A stretch of 64,000 bases of DNA, taken from NCBI RefSeq assembly GCF_009914755.1, contig NC_060938.1; one strand, 5' to 3'. Origin of the DNA: the human T2T-CHM13v2.0 reference genome, Homo sapiens. The notes beneath the pieces were generated by a model. The model was not told the origin of the DNA. It was given only the letters and a program-made list of their open reading frames with translations, and ran no database searches. A program made the position numbers and the translations under genes. Numbering within the stretch: position 1 is the stretch's first letter; each line of letters starts with the position of its first letter. Of this stretch, positions 15,001-29,266 are shown piece by piece.

Positions 15001-18000
15001 TTAGGTCCATTCCATTCCATTCTATTCCATTCGAGTCCATTCCATTCCATTAGACTCCTTTCAACTCCATTCCTTTCGAGTCCATTCCAGTCCATTACAT
15101 TCTATTTGATTCGAGTCCATTCAATTCCATTCGAATTCCATTCGATTCCATTCCACTCTATTCCATTCCATTATATTCAAATCCATTTGAGTCCATTCCT
15201 TTCTATTCCATTGTAGTGAATTCCTTTCCATTCCTTTCGAGTCCATTCCTCTCCATTTCATTTGAGTCCATTCCATTTCATTCCATTCCAGTCGAGTCAA
15301 TTCCATTCCATTAGAGTCCATTCCATTCCATTTCATTGGAGTCCATTCCATTCGTTTCCATACTATTTGATTCAAGTCCATTCCATTTCATTCCGTTCCA
15401 TTAACTGCCATTCCACTGAATTCCATTCGATTCCATTACAGTCCATTCCATTCCATTCCATTCGAGTACATTCTATTCCATTCGAATCCTTCCCATTCCA
15501 TTCGAGTCCATTCAATTCCATTTCATTCGAGTCTATTACATTCCCTTCGCTTCTCTTCCATTCAAGTCCATTCCGTTCCCTTCGATTCTCTTCCATTCAA
15601 CTCCATTCCATTCCATTCCATTCCATTCCATTCTAGTCCATTCCATTCAAGTCCATTCCATTCCATTCTTGTCCATTCCATTCCAATTCATTCCATTCAT
15701 GTCCATGCCATTCCAATCCATTTGAGTCCATTCCATTCCATTCGACTCCATTCCATTCCATTTCATTCGAGTCCATTCCGTTCTATTCCATTCAACTCCA
15801 TTCCCTTCCATTCCATTCCTTTCCATTCCATTCCATTCCATTCAATTCCATTCCATTACATTTCATTCGTGTCCATTCCATTCCATACGAGTCCATTCCA
15901 CTACATTTGATTTCATTTGAGTCCATTTCATTCCATTTCATTAGTGTCAAATTCCATTAAATTCCAATCCAGTATATCCCACTCTATTCAATTCGAATCC
16001 ATTGCATTCCATTCCATTTCAGTCTATTCCATTCCATTCCATTCTATTCCAATCCTTTCTAATCAATTCTATTCCATTACATTCCATGCCATTCTGTTCC
16101 ATTCCATTCCATTCGCAACCATTCCATTCCCTTCCATTCGAGTTCATTTGATTCCATTCAAGTTTCTTCCATTCCATTGCATGCCATTCCGGTCCATTCC
16201 ACTGCATTCCATTTCATTCGAGTCGATTCCATTCCATTCCATTCCATTTCATTTTAATCCATTCCATTCCATTCCATTCGTATCCATTCTATTCCATTTG
16301 AATCCATTCTATTCCATTCGAATTCATTCCATTCTGTTACTTTCCATTCCACTCGAGTCCATTCCATTCCATTCCATTCCATTTGAGCCCAGTCCACTCC
16401 ATTCCGTTTGAGTCCATTCCATTCCTTTCGAGTCCATTACATTCCATTGCATTCTATTCCATTCCATTCCATTCCATTCTTGTCCATTGCGTTCCATTCA
16501 ATTCGAGTCCATTGCATTCCATTCCACTCCATTTGGGTGAATTCCATTCCATTCCATTCGAGTCCTTTACTTTCCATAACATTCCATTCCATTCGGGTGC
16601 AATCCATGCTATTCCTTTCGAGTCCATTCCATTCCATTCCATTCCATTCGAGTCCATTCCATTCCATTTTAGTCATTTCCATTGCATTCTGTTCGAGTCC
16701 ACTGCATTCCATTCCATTCCATTCCATTCCTTTTGGGTCCATTCAATTCAACTGCACTCCTTTCGTGTCCATTCCATTGCATTCTATTCCATTCCATTCC
16801 ATTCCATTCTATTCCATTGTATTACAATGCATTTGAACACATTTCATTCCGTTACATTACATTCCATTCGAGTTCATTCCATTCCGTTACATTCCATTGC
16901 ATTTGAATCCGTTCAATGCCATTCTATTCCATATGGGTCCATTCCACTCCATTGTATTCAAGTGTATTCCATTCCATGCTATTCCACTTGAGTCCATTCC
17001 ATTCCATTCCATGCTATTCCATTTGAGTCCATTCCATTACATTCATGTCCATTCCATTCAATCCCATTCCATTCTATTCCATTCCATTCTTTTCCATTCC
17101 ATTCCATTCCATTCCATTTGAGCCCAATGAATTCCATTGCATTCAATTGAAGTCCATTCCATTCCATTCGGGTTCATTCCCTTCAATTCCATTAGTGTCA
17201 ATTCCATTCCATTCCATTCCATTCGAGTCCATTCCATTCCATTTCATTCCATTAGTGTCCATTCAATTCCATTCCATCCCATTAGAGTCCATTTCATTCC
17301 ATTCCATTCCACTCCAGTCATTTTCATTCCATTCCATTACCTTCGAGACCATTCCATTCCATTGGTGTCCATTCCATTCCCTTCCATTCAATTCCATTCC
17401 ATTCCAGACAATTCCATTCCATTCCATTCCATTCCATTTCATTCCATTAGTGTCCATTCAATTACATTCCATCCCATTAGAGTCCATTTCATTCCATTCC
17501 ATTCCACTTCAGTCATTTTCATTCCATTTCATTACCTTCGAGACCATTCCATTCCGTTGGTGTCCATTCCATTCCCTTCCATTCAATTCCATTCCATTCC
17601 AGTCAATTCCATTCCATTCCATTCCATTCCATTCCATTCCTTTCGAGTCCATTCCATTCCATTCCATTCCTTTCGAGACCATTCCATTCCATTCCATTCC
17701 ATACTGTTTGTGTCCATTCCATTCCATTCCATTATATTCCATTACATTAAATTCGAGTCCATTCCATTTCATTCAAGTCCCTTTCATTCCATTCCATTCC
17801 ATTCAATTCCATTCGAGTCCATTCCTAACCATTACATTCCGTTTGACTTGATTCCATTCAATTGCATTCCATTCCATTTGAATCCATTCCACTGTATTCC
17901 ATTGGAGTCTATTCCATTCCATTCCATTCCAGTCGAGTCCTTTCCATTCCATTCGAATCCATTCCTTTCCACTCCATTCTTTTTTCCGTTCCTTTCCATT

Positions 18001-21000
18001 CCATTACAGTCCATTCCACTGAATTCCATTCCATTTCATTCGTGTCCATTCCATTCCATTCCACTTGAGTCCATTCCATCCATTCCATTCGAGTCCATTC
18101 CAATCCATTACATTCCATTCGAGTCCATCCTATTTTATTCAATCCTTTCCATTCCATTTCATTCGAATCCATTCCATACCACTCCATACTATTCCATTCA
18201 TGTCCATTCCTTTCCATTCCACTCCTTTCCATTCCATTCCATTCCAGTCCATTCCATTCCATTCCATTCAAGTCCATTCCATTCCATTCATGTCCATTCA
18301 ATTCCATTCCATTCGGGTACATTCCATTCCATTCCATTCTACTCCATTTCAGTCCATTCCATTCCATTCCACTTGAGTCCATTCCATTCCATTCCATTCC
18401 ATTCGAGTCCATTCCATTACATTCAAGTCCATTCCTTTGCATTCGAGTCCTTTCCATTCCATTTCATTCGAGTCCATTCCATTCCATTCCATTTCTTCAA
18501 GTCCCTTTCATTCCATTCCTTTAAATTCCATTCCATTTGAGTCCATTCCTTACTATTACATTCCGTTCGACTCGAGTCCATTCAGTTCCAATCCATTCCA
18601 TTCGAATCCATTCCAGTGTATTCCATTTGAGTCCATTCCATTCCATTCCATTCCATTAAATTCCATTTGATTCCTTTCCATTCCTTTCCATTCGATTCCA
18701 TTCCATTCCACTCATGTCCATTCCATTCCATTCGAGTCCATTCCATTCCATTTATTTCGAGTGCATTCCATTCCATTCCATTCTATTCCATTCTAGCCCA
18801 TTCCATTCCTTTCCATTCCATTCCACTCCATTCCATTCCACTCCAGTCCATTCCATTCCATTCGTGTCCATTCCATTCCATATGAGCCCTTTCCTTTTCA
18901 TTATATTCCATTCGAATATATTTCATTTCATTCCTCTTTAGTCCATTCCATTCCATTCCATTCGAGTCCATTCCAATCCATTACATTCCATTCGAGTCCA
19001 TCCCATTGTATTCAATCCTTTCCATTCCATTTCCTTCGAGTCCATTCCATACCACTCCATTCTATTCCGTTCATTTCCATTCCTTTCCATTCCAGTCCAT
19101 TCCATTCCATTCCATTCCACTCCATTCCATTCCATTCCAGTCCACTCCATTCCACTCCAGTCCATTCCATTCCACTTCATTCCATTCCATTCATGTCCAT
19201 TCAATTCCATTCCATTCGAGTACATTCCTTTCCATTCCATTCTATTCCATTTGAGTCCATTCCATTCCATTCCACTTGAGTCCATTCCGTTCCATTCCAT
19301 TCGAGTCCATTCCATTACATTACATTTTATTCCACTCCTTTGCATTCGAGTCCTTTACATTCCATTTCATTCGAGTCCATTCCATTCCATTCCATTTCTT
19401 CGATTCCCTTTCATTCCATTCCATTCCATTCCATTCGAATCCATTCCACTGCATTCCATTCGAGTCCATTCCTTTCCATTCCATTCCATTCCATTAAATT
19501 CCATTTGATTCCTTTCCATTCCGTTCCATTCGATTCCATTCCGTTCCACTCGTATCCATTCCATTCCATTCGAGTCCATTCCATTCCATTTCATTCGAGT
19601 TCATTCCATTCCATTCCATTCTCTTCCATTCTAGCCCATTCCATTTCATTCCATTCCTTTCCCTTCCATTCCATTCCATTCCAGTCCATTCCATTCCTCT
19701 CCATTCCATTCCATTCGTGTCCATTCCATTCCATACGAGCCCTTTCCTTTCCATTATATTCCATTCGAATATATTTCATTTCATTCCTCTTTAGTCCATT
19801 CTATTCCATTCCATTCGAGTCCATACCAATCCATTACATTCCATTCGAGTCCATTCCATTGCATTGAAGTCCTTTCCATTCCATTTCATTCGAGTCCATT
19901 CCATTCCACTCCATTCTATTCAATTCAAGTCCATTCCTTTTCATTCCACTCCATTCCATTCCATTCCAGTTCATTCCATTCCACTTCATTCCATTCCATT
20001 CGTGTCCATTCAATTCCATTCCATTCGAGTACATTCCATTCCATTCCATTCTATTCCATTCGAGTCCATTCCATTCCATTCCACTTGAGTCCATTCCGTT
20101 CCATTCGTTTTGAGTCCATTCCATTCCATTCCATTACATTCAAATCCATTCTATTGCATTCGAGTCCTTTCCATTCCATTTCATTCGAATCCATTCCATT
20201 CCATTCCATTCTATTCCATTGAATTCCATTCCATTCCATTCCACTCCATTCCATTCCCTTCCATTCCAGTCCATTCTATCCCATCCCATTCCATTCCATA
20301 CGTTTCGTGTCCATTCCATTCCATTCCATTCCTTTAGAGTCTATTCCATTCCATTCTATTCCAATTGAGTCAATTCCATTCCATTCCATTTGAGTCCATT
20401 CCATTGCTTTCCATTCACTTCCATTCGATACCGTTCCATTCCATTTTATTCCATTCCATTCTATTCGAGTCCATATCATTCCACTCCATTCCATTCCATT
20501 CCATTCTTTTCATTTCCATTCTATTTCATTCCTGTCCATTCCATTGGATTCCATTCCATTCGAGTCCATTTCATTCCATTACGTTCCATTCCATTCGATT
20601 CCATTCCATTCCATTCCATTCCATTCCATTCCTGTCCTTTCAATTCGATTCCATTCTCTTCGAGTCCATTCGATTCAATTCCATTCTTGTTCATTCCATT
20701 CCACTTCATTCCATTCGACTCTATTCTATTCTTTTCCATTCGGTTCTATTCCACTCTATTCCATTCGAGTCCATTGCATTCTATTTCATTCCATTCGAGT
20801 CCATTCCTTTCTATTCCATTCGAGTCAATTCCATTCCATTCCATTCATGTGCATTCCATTCCATTTTATTCCTTTTCACTCGAGTGGATTCCTTTCAATT
20901 CCATTCCATTAGAGTCCCTTCCATTCCATTCGAGTCCATTCCATTCCATTCCATTCGAGTCCATTCCATTCCATTCCAATCCATAACTTTTGGGTCCATT

Positions 21001-23794
21001 CAATTCCATTCCGTTCCATTTGAGTCCTTTAAATTCCTTTCCATTCCACTCAATTCCATTACCCTCCATTCCATTTGAGTCCATTCAATTCCACTCCATT
21101 AGATTCAAGTCCATTCCATTCTGTTCCATTTGAATCCGTTCCATTCCATTTGAGACCATACCATTCCATTCCATTCCACTGGAGTCCATTTCATTCCATT
21201 CGAATCCATTCCATTCCATTGCATTCAAGTCCATTCCAATCCTTTAGAGTCCATTCAATTCCATTCCATTCCATTCGAATCCATTGCATTCTATTCCATT
21301 CGTGACCATTCCATTCCACTCGAATCCATTCCATTCCATTCGAGCCAATTCCATTCTATTATATTCGAGTCCATTCTATTCCATTCCATTCCATTTGAGT
21401 CCATTCCATTACATTACATTCGAGACCATCCAATCCGAACCCATTCCGTTCGAGTCTATTCCATGTCCTTCGATCTGAAATAATTCCATTCCATTCCATT
21501 CCATTCCATTCTATTCCATTTGAGTCCATTCCTTTCCATTTCATTCGTGTCCATTGCATCACACTTAATTCCATTCTGGTCCATTCCATTCAATTCCATT
21601 TGAGTCAATTCTATTTCATTCCATTTGAGTCCATTCAATTGCATTCCATTCCATTCGAGACCATGCCATTCCGTTCCATTCCATTCAAGTCCATTCAATC
21701 CCATTCCATTTCATTCAATTCCATTCCATTCCATTTCATTCCACTCAAGTCGTTTCCATTCCATCCCATTCCATTTGAGTACATTTCATTCCATTCAAGT
21801 CCTTTAAATTCCATTCCGTTTGATTCCATTCCATTCTATTAAATTACATTCCTTTCCATTCCATTTCATTCTATTACATTCGATTCCATTCCAGTCCATT
21901 CCATCAGAGTCCATTCCACTAAATTCCAATCTATTGCATTCCAGTCTGTTCCATTCCATATCATTCAATTCGTGGCCTTTCCATTCCATTGGAGTCGATT
22001 CCATTCCATTCTGTTTAAGTTCATTCCATTCCATCCCTTTCTATTCCATTCAAGTCCATTCCAATCCAAATCTTACCATCCCATAGCATTCCATTCCATT
22101 CCATTCCATTCCATTCCATTCCATTCGTGTCCTTTCCATTCCATTCCATTCCAGTCTGTTGCATTCCAATTGATTCCCGTCCATTTAGTTCCTTTCCATT
22201 CCATTTGAGTCCATTCCACTCCATTGCATTTGAGTTCATTCCATTCCATTCTATTCTATTCGAGTCCATTCCTTTCTATTCCATTTGAGTCAATTCCATT
22301 CCATTCCATTCGAGTGCATTCCATTCCATTCCATTCCACTCCAGTCATTTCCTTTCCATTCCTTTCCAATCCATTCCATTCCACTCGAGTCGTTTCCATT
22401 CTATTCGAGTCCATTCCATTCCATTGGAGTTCATTCCATTGAATTCCATTCGAGTCAATTCCACTCTATTCCACTCGAGTGCATTCCATTCCATTCCATT
22501 CCATTCGAGTCCATTCCACTCCATTTGACTCCATTCCATTCCAATTCATTCCATTAAAATCCATTCCATTCCATTCTATTCCATTCCATTCCATTACCTT
22601 CCTTTTCTATTCCATTCCATTCCATTCCATTCTATTCCAATCCATTCCATTCCATTCCATTCCTCTCCATTCCATTCCATTCCATTCCATTTCATTCCAT
22701 CCCATTCGGTTCCATTCCATTCGTGTCCATTCCATTCCACTCCATTCGAGTCCATTCCATCCCATTCCATTCGAGTCTATTCCATTCAATTGCATGCCAT
22801 TCGAGTTCCTTCCCCTGTATTCCATTTCATTTGAGTCCTTTCCATTCCAGTCCTTTCCATTCCATTTCGTTCGAGTCCATTCCTTTCCATTCCATTCTAT
22901 TCCCTCCAAGTCCATTCCGTTCCATTCCACTCCATTCCATTCCCTTCCACTACAGGCAATTCCATTGCATCCCATTCCATTCCATACCTTTTCTGTCCAT
23001 TCCATTCCATTCCATTCCATTCCATTCGAGTCCATTCCATTCCATTCTATTCCATTCGAATCCATTCCATTCCATTCCATTAGAGTCTATACCATTAGAT
23101 TCCAATCCAGTAAATTCTGCTCTATTCCATTCGAGTCCATTCTATTGCATTCCATTCCATTCCATTCGAGTACATTCCATTGCATTCGAGTCCATTGCAT
23201 TCCATTCCTTTCCATTCCAATCCGTTCCAATCTCTTCCTTTCCATTTTATTCCTGTCAATTCCATTCCATTTCATTCCATTCGAGTCCATTCCATTCCAT
23301 TCCATTCACGTCCATTCCATACCATTACATTCTGTTTGACTTGAATCCATTCCATTCCATTCCATTCCATTCGAATCCATTCCACTCCATTCCATTCGAG
23401 TCCATTCTATTCCATTCCATTCCACTATAGTCCATTCCATTCCATTCGAGTCCTTTCTATTCCATATCACTCCAGTCCATTCCATTCCTTTCCATTCTAT
23501 TCCATTCAAGTGCATTCCATTCCTGTCCATTCCATTCCATTCCATTCCATTCCATTCAATTCCATTCCATTCCATTCTATTGCATTCGAGTCCATTCCAT
23601 TCCACTTGAGTCCATTCCATTCCATTCCTTTTGAGTCCATTCCATTCCATTCCTTTCCATTCCATTCCATTCCATTCCATTCCATTCAAGTCCGTTCCTT
23701 TCCATTCGACTCCATTCCATTCCATTTCATTCGAGTCCATTCCATTCCATTCCATCCCATTCAACTCCATTCCATTTCATTCTATTCCATTCCA
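1..23794 (+). repeat. Human satellite III (HSat3) array, (CATTC)n on +, with frequent TTCGAGTCC variants
   Basis: Continuous diverged CATTC/ATTCC pentamer repeat; no interspersed element seen; ends at ...tctattccattcca|gagaagg. Confidence 0.97.
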
Positions 23795-24065
23795 GAGAAG
23801 GTTTAGGAGCCTGACCAAATTTCACGAAGCAAAGAATCTTTCTCAATTTTCATAATTTAAAACCAGTTAAGCAAATGTTACAAAATATCTGAAGAAATAA
23901 TCCATCATGAGAAATTGTCAATAGGAAAAAAGTGGGTGAATTGGATTTCAGACACTTGAATGATTATATAACACCCAAAAGAATATTACTTAAAGTGCTT
24001 AGACAAATAAAAGAGGGAACAGTAAGAACAAAAAATAAAAGAGCATAAAAAAATGACATGCAGTA

Positions 24066-24515
24066 TCAGGACAAGACAACCTACAGAATGTAAGAAAATA
24101 TTTGTAAATCGTATATCTGGTAAGGGACTAATAGCTTTTTTTTTGAGATGGAGATTCCGTTATGTTGTCCAACGCTGGAGTGCAGTGACATGATCTCAGC
24201 TCACTGCAACCTCTGCCTCACAAATTCAAGCAATTCTCCCTGCCTCAGCCTCCCAAGTTCCTGGGATCACAAGCATGTGCCACCACACCTGGCTAATTTT
24301 GTATTTTTAGTAGAGATGGGGTTTCACCAGGTTGTGCAGGCTGCTCTCCAACTTCTGTCCTCTGGTGATTCACCCACCTCAGCCTCCCAAAATGCTGGGA
24401 TTACAGGCATGAGCCACCGCGCTTGGCCGTATCATTTTTTTTTAAGAGACAGGGTCTTGCTTAATATCGAGTATATAAAGAACACTTACACCTCAAAAAC
24501 TTGACAAAAACAAAG
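24066..24515 (+). mobile_element. Old L1 (L1M) ORF2-region fragment interrupted by an Alu
   Basis: acaacctacagaatg...aaaatatttgtaaatcgtatatctggtaagggactaata resumes after the Alu as taatatcgagtatataaagaacac. Confidence 0.65.
24136..24428 (-). mobile_element. AluS
   Basis: poly-T, gagatggag...ctggagtgcagt...gctgggattacaggcatgagccacc...ggcc. Confidence 0.93.
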
Positions 24516-24516
24516 A

Positions 24517-24667
24517 GGCCAGGCACAGTGGCTCATGCCTGTAATCCCAACACTTTGGGAGACTGAGATGGGAAGATCACTTGAGGCCAGGAGTTCAAGG
24601 TCAGCTTGGTCAACACAGTGAGATCCCCATCTCTAAAAAAGAAAAAAAATATATAAAATAAAAAAAT
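24517..24667 (+). mobile_element. FLAM / Alu left monomer
   Basis: ggccaggcacagtggctcatgcctgtaatccc...gagatccccatctct followed by A tail. Confidence 0.85.
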
Positions 24668-24668
24668 G

Positions 24669-25015
<347 letters not shown>

Positions 25016-25019
25016 TCAA

Positions 25020-25570
25020 GCCTGCAGTCAGAGTCATCCTATTAAAGTCAGCTCATGTCTCCTCTGCTCAATAGTCTCCAATACTTCCCATCTCATCTCA
25101 CTCTGAGGAAAAACCAAAATCCTTAAGAGGACCAACAATCACTTCATGATCTGGACCTATCGCCTCTCCGCCCTCAGTTGCAACAGCTCCTACTTCAGTC
25201 TTCCCTAGCCTGTTGGCTCCCCTGCTATTCCTCAAACACCATGGCAGATGCCTGCCTCTGGGACTTGGTGTTCACCCTTCTGTACGTCTGAAATGTTCCT
25301 CCCTCAGATATCCAAATGGCTAGCTTCCTCGCTGCATAAAGGTTGTTACCAAATGGCAGCTCAGTAAAGGCTTCTCTGGCCACCCTATCTAAACTTTTAC
25401 CACTCTCCCACACTCCCAAAAACCACTTCCTAACCTCTTTAACTGCTTCATTTTTTCTCCTTAAGACCACCACCTAACATAATGTATATATTTTCCCTCT
25501 TTGTTTTCTGTTGGTGCCCTTCACCGGAATGTGAGCTCTATGAAGCAGGGGCTTAGTGTCTCCACTGCAG
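25020..25570 (+). mobile_element. L2 fragment (3' region)
   Basis: Pyrimidine-rich L2-like motifs, e.g. tcagtaaaggcttctctggccaccctatctaa and gaatgtgagctctatgaagcagggg. Confidence 0.65.
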
Positions 25571-26749
25571 TCTATCTTACATAGTTACATCCTTCGTTAT
25601 TTCACTCTTAGCTAAGTTCAAGCTAGTTTACTACTGCTGCATACAGTTTAAACACTTCTATCAGGAATTCACTATGTTTCTGGATTTATGTGACTTTTTT
25701 GTTCCCTTCTGTTTATGATATATGATAGACTCTTGCTATTCTTAGAATTCTTTAAGACTCACAAACCCACAAACTGGAATATTTGTAGAGGCCCCTGGTC
25801 GTCCCTTGAATCATACATCCAAACCCCAAATTAACTCCTTTCAACATTTATTAAAGCTGCTTTCTTCTTGATCAATTCAGAAGAGTTATTATGTTGAAAA
25901 GTACAAAGCTGCACTGAGATTCAGACAATGGCATGTATCACGCTTGCTCTAGCAGATCATTGATCTTTGTGGGACCGCTTGTAAATTGCAGATGCTGAGG
26001 AGGCAACATCAACTATGAGGGGACTCTTGAACCGTTTGTACTAGTGATTATCTTTTCCCCATGTCTTTCTGTCTCTTTACTTACACTGTTATTGGAGCTA
26101 TACCTTCTTCACTGGTAATTTCCACTCCTAAATCCAAATATAGTGGGTAACTAATTAATAATTACGGGCTGAGTAAATAATAAATGAGTCATTTTCTATC
26201 CTTTAGGGATCATATGCTTCTAAGAGCAACATCTGATTGTATTTTATCATCGATATCATTCATAATCTAATAGGTCTTCTGTGTCCTCAAGTTTTCTCAT
26301 CCTTAATGCCTCTATTTTTGGGTTTTCCATTTACCTATTCAACCATTATTTGAGGGCCTACTATGTGTGGTAGGGACACAGTTTGAACAGGCATGTCTGG
26401 TTAGGTGAGGCTGAGGGTGGGGTGTGGAAATATAAATTCTTTGTCTATGATATGTAGACTCAACCTTACAGACAATTACCTAAAAGAAGGCAAGGGTGGC
26501 TGGTACCTAACTCGAGAGAAAGACTTTGGTACAAGATGAGTTCAAAGATGAGATAGGGGACAGATCGCAAAATACCTGATCTGCTATGGTAAAAAAGTTG
26601 TGATTACAGTGCCATGGGTCTAACTTACCTAGTCATTTCTTGATCCATATTTCATTTTTTACTCTGTTTTTCCTTATAATTCTCCTCTTAAATTTCGGGT
26701 TACTCTCTTTTCTTTATTTTACATTGTATGTGTTTGTGTGTGTATTTTT

Positions 26750-26876
26750 TTTTAATTTTAGAAATAGGGACAGAGTCTATGTTGCCCAGGCTGTATTCAA
26801 CCCCTGGGCTCAAGTGATCCTGCTGCCTTAGCTTTCCGAGTAGCTGGGACTACAGGTACACACCACCATGCCTGCC
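26750..26876 (-). mobile_element. FLAM / AluJ fragment
   Basis: tatgttgcccaggctg...gggctcaagtgatcctgctgccttagc...gtagctgggactacagg. Confidence 0.8.
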
Positions 26877-26917
26877 TTATATTCTTTAATATTACCTATA
26901 ATCTTTCTAACACCCAC

Positions 26918-27051
26918 CTTCAATTTTCTTAAAGTCATTAGTGAGATTAGGTAACAATTTATGGCAAAAGGCACAACAAAAGTGATTACGAGCAGGTGCA
27001 CCAAGCATGGCAATAAGAGAAACCAATACATCCACTTCCACGCAAAACATT
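26918..27051 (-). other. Candidate 134-nt exon of the left-facing transcript
   Basis: On -: acceptor atttcatttttaatatttcttag, donor AAG|gtgggt; open in two frames; non-repeat sequence. Confidence 0.45.
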
Positions 27052-27305
27052 CTAAGAAATATTAAAAATGAAATAACATTTCTGGACTTGAACATTTTGC
27101 ATTATTTTCCTTTTTTCCCTAAGCCCTCTCAACAGTAAATTAGTCTGCAAAAATAAATCTGTCTCATGATCTGACTCATAGTTTGTAAACCCATACTATA
27201 TAATATATATATTTATATGTATAATATACAAACCTTGCCTTTTAAAAATTATTATGTTTATATTACTCCAGAATTTGTTTCAACATTATCTGTTTGAGCA
27301 ATGAA

Positions 27306-27518
27306 TTTTTTTTTTAAAGACAAGGTCCTACTCCATCACTGAGGCTGGAGTGCAGTGGCATGATCATAGCTCACTGCAGCCTCCAACTTCTGGGCTCAAT
27401 TGATCATCCTGACTCAGTCTCTCCAGTAGTGGGACTATAGGAACACACTACCATGTCTTCCTAATTTTTATTTTTTTATTTTTGTAGAGACAGTGTCTCC
27501 CTATGTTGCCCAGGCTGG
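27306..27518 (-). mobile_element. AluJ, partial
   Basis: ggctggagtgcagtggcatgatcatagctcactgcagcctc...tatgttgcccaggctgg. Confidence 0.85.
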
Positions 27519-27872
27519 CAGTGAATTTTTTCGAGAAGAAATTGTGCACATTTTAACCAAAACTTTATAAATATTTTAATATTTATTTAATGTCTCTTCA
27601 TATTCTATGGAACAATCAATCATTTATAATTCATATATTTGCATGAAGGGTGAAATAGTAAACTAGTAGTTTAAAAAACACTTAAGGATAATCTTCTACA
27701 ATACAAATCTTTAAAAGTTATAATTTTGTTATTATATCTAAAACTCAGATTTCCCTTGTACTGCAGGTTTCTGAATCTCCTAGAAGATTCAAACACTATC
27801 TTAATAAAGCAAATGCTGAACTTTATTGTGATAGCATAATGCTGAAAAAGTAAAAGGTATAAATTCTGTTCT

Positions 27873-28166
27873 GGCCGGGCGTGGTGATTCATGACAGTAA
27901 CCCCAGAACTTTGGGAGGACAAGGTTGGTGGATCACTTGAGGTCAGGAGTTCAAGATCTGCCTGGCCAACATAGTGAAACCCCGTCTCTACTAAAAATAC
28001 AAAAATTAGCTGGGCATGGTGGCGGATGCCTGTAATCTCAGCTACTCAGGAGGTTGAGGTGGGAGAATCGCTTGAATCTGGGAGGTGGAGGTTGCAGTGA
28101 GCTGAAGTGCGCCACTGTACTCCAACTTGGGCATCAGAGTAAGACTCCATTTCCAAAAAGATAATT
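27873..28166 (+). mobile_element. AluS with target-site duplication
   Basis: Full dimer; flanks aattctgttct / aattctgtcct. Confidence 0.93.
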
Positions 28167-28539
28167 AATTCTGTCCTATTGTGGTAGCAGCTCAGCAAAA
28201 GGAAACATCCGTCTATATTGAAATCTTTGGAACCAAGCTATAACACTATTGCAAACACTCACTGCATATATTCAACACATTTATTTAGATTTTCACTTAT
28301 TTCCTCTTGCGGGTTTATGGTAGACTTCCTAAAGGCAAGATTAATTTCTGAGCCAGCTTTGCAACTCCTGCAAAATAAGATACAGGGCTGTGCACAAACT
28401 ATGTGATCAATAAATATCTGCTGAACTCATAAACAATATACTTATAATCTATTATTACAATGTTTAGAAAAAAAGAAAGTTAATGAGGTATTATGAGTGA
28501 ATAATAACGTCTTCAGAATAAAGGACTATTATTTTTTGG

Positions 28540-28795
28540 AGAGTGGGATCATTGGTCCAATACTCCACGTCAACTCTACTGCTGGTTTGTGGCAAGGTAA
28601 AGAGCTTGCACCAGAATGTAAATCAACTAACTGCTTCCTACACTGAAGAGGTCTTGCTATTTTTAAAAAGTCAGCTGAACAGTAATCAGTATGTTTAGTG
28701 ACATCGCCTATTTACATTCTGGCACAAGCTCCGGATCTCACTGCAAACCAGTAAGTCTGCACTGGCCCTGATCTGCAGGCCACACTTTTCAGAAT
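28540..28795. mobile_element. Palindromic non-autonomous DNA transposon (hAT-Charlie/MER-like)
   Basis: Inverted arms 28582-28623 and 28710-28751 (gagcttgcaccagaatgtaaat / atttacattctggcacaagctc); caggccacacttt end motif. Confidence 0.6.
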
Positions 28796-28854
28796 CCTGG
28801 TTCCATGCTACTACTATAGTTGGACTAACAACAACAATGATGATAATTTTACCA

Positions 28855-29100
28855 ATTAGCATTTATAGAGTGATTATTGCACACCAGATGCTATGTTCAG
28901 CACTTAAGCACTTTATATGGATTATTTCATTTAAACTCTTAAGGACTTCATGAGGGTTTACTTTATTATTTCCATTTTTCAAATGGGGAAAAGTAAACCT
29001 TCAGAGGTTTAATTTATACAGCTTCTAGAAGATCATCTGTGGTAGAGCAGGTGCTTAAAGTCAGGGAGTATGATCTCTGCTTAACCCCAGTTAAGTGTAT
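28855..29100 (-). mobile_element. MIR
   Basis: taagcactttatatggattatttcatttaa...ttattatttccatttttcaaatggggaaa matches the reverse MIR core. Confidence 0.75.
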
Positions 29101-29186
29101 AGTGTATATGCTTAACCATATATCCATACTGCTTCCTGACTATGTTATATATTGCTTCCAGACTACATTTTTAAAAATAGGCTCAC

Positions 29187-29266
29187 GTTGCATCACTGGG
29201 GGTTGAAGAAATACTTGACACTAATGGAGATGTCAGGAAGAGAGGTCTGGAAGAAATATCATAAAA
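29187..29266 (-). other. Candidate 80-nt exon of the left-facing transcript
   Basis: On -: acceptor ccatgtttttcag, donor AAC|gtgagc; one open frame FYDISSRPLFLTSPLVSSISSTPSDA. Confidence 0.4.

Noticed and set aside
1-23794. Possible CRISPR-like repeat-spacer array
   Set aside because: No constant repeat with unique spacers and no cas genes; this is eukaryotic satellite
1-23855. Many ORFs up to 467 aa (SIPFH- and MEWNG-rich)
   Set aside because: Translations of the CATTC/GGAAT pentamer, which has no stop codon in its consensus; no coding evidence
26960-27051. MFCVEVDVLVSLIAMLGAPARNH as a B-box
   Set aside because: Spacing is suggestive, but most zinc ligands are missing and its strand and position do not fit the coiled-coil exons
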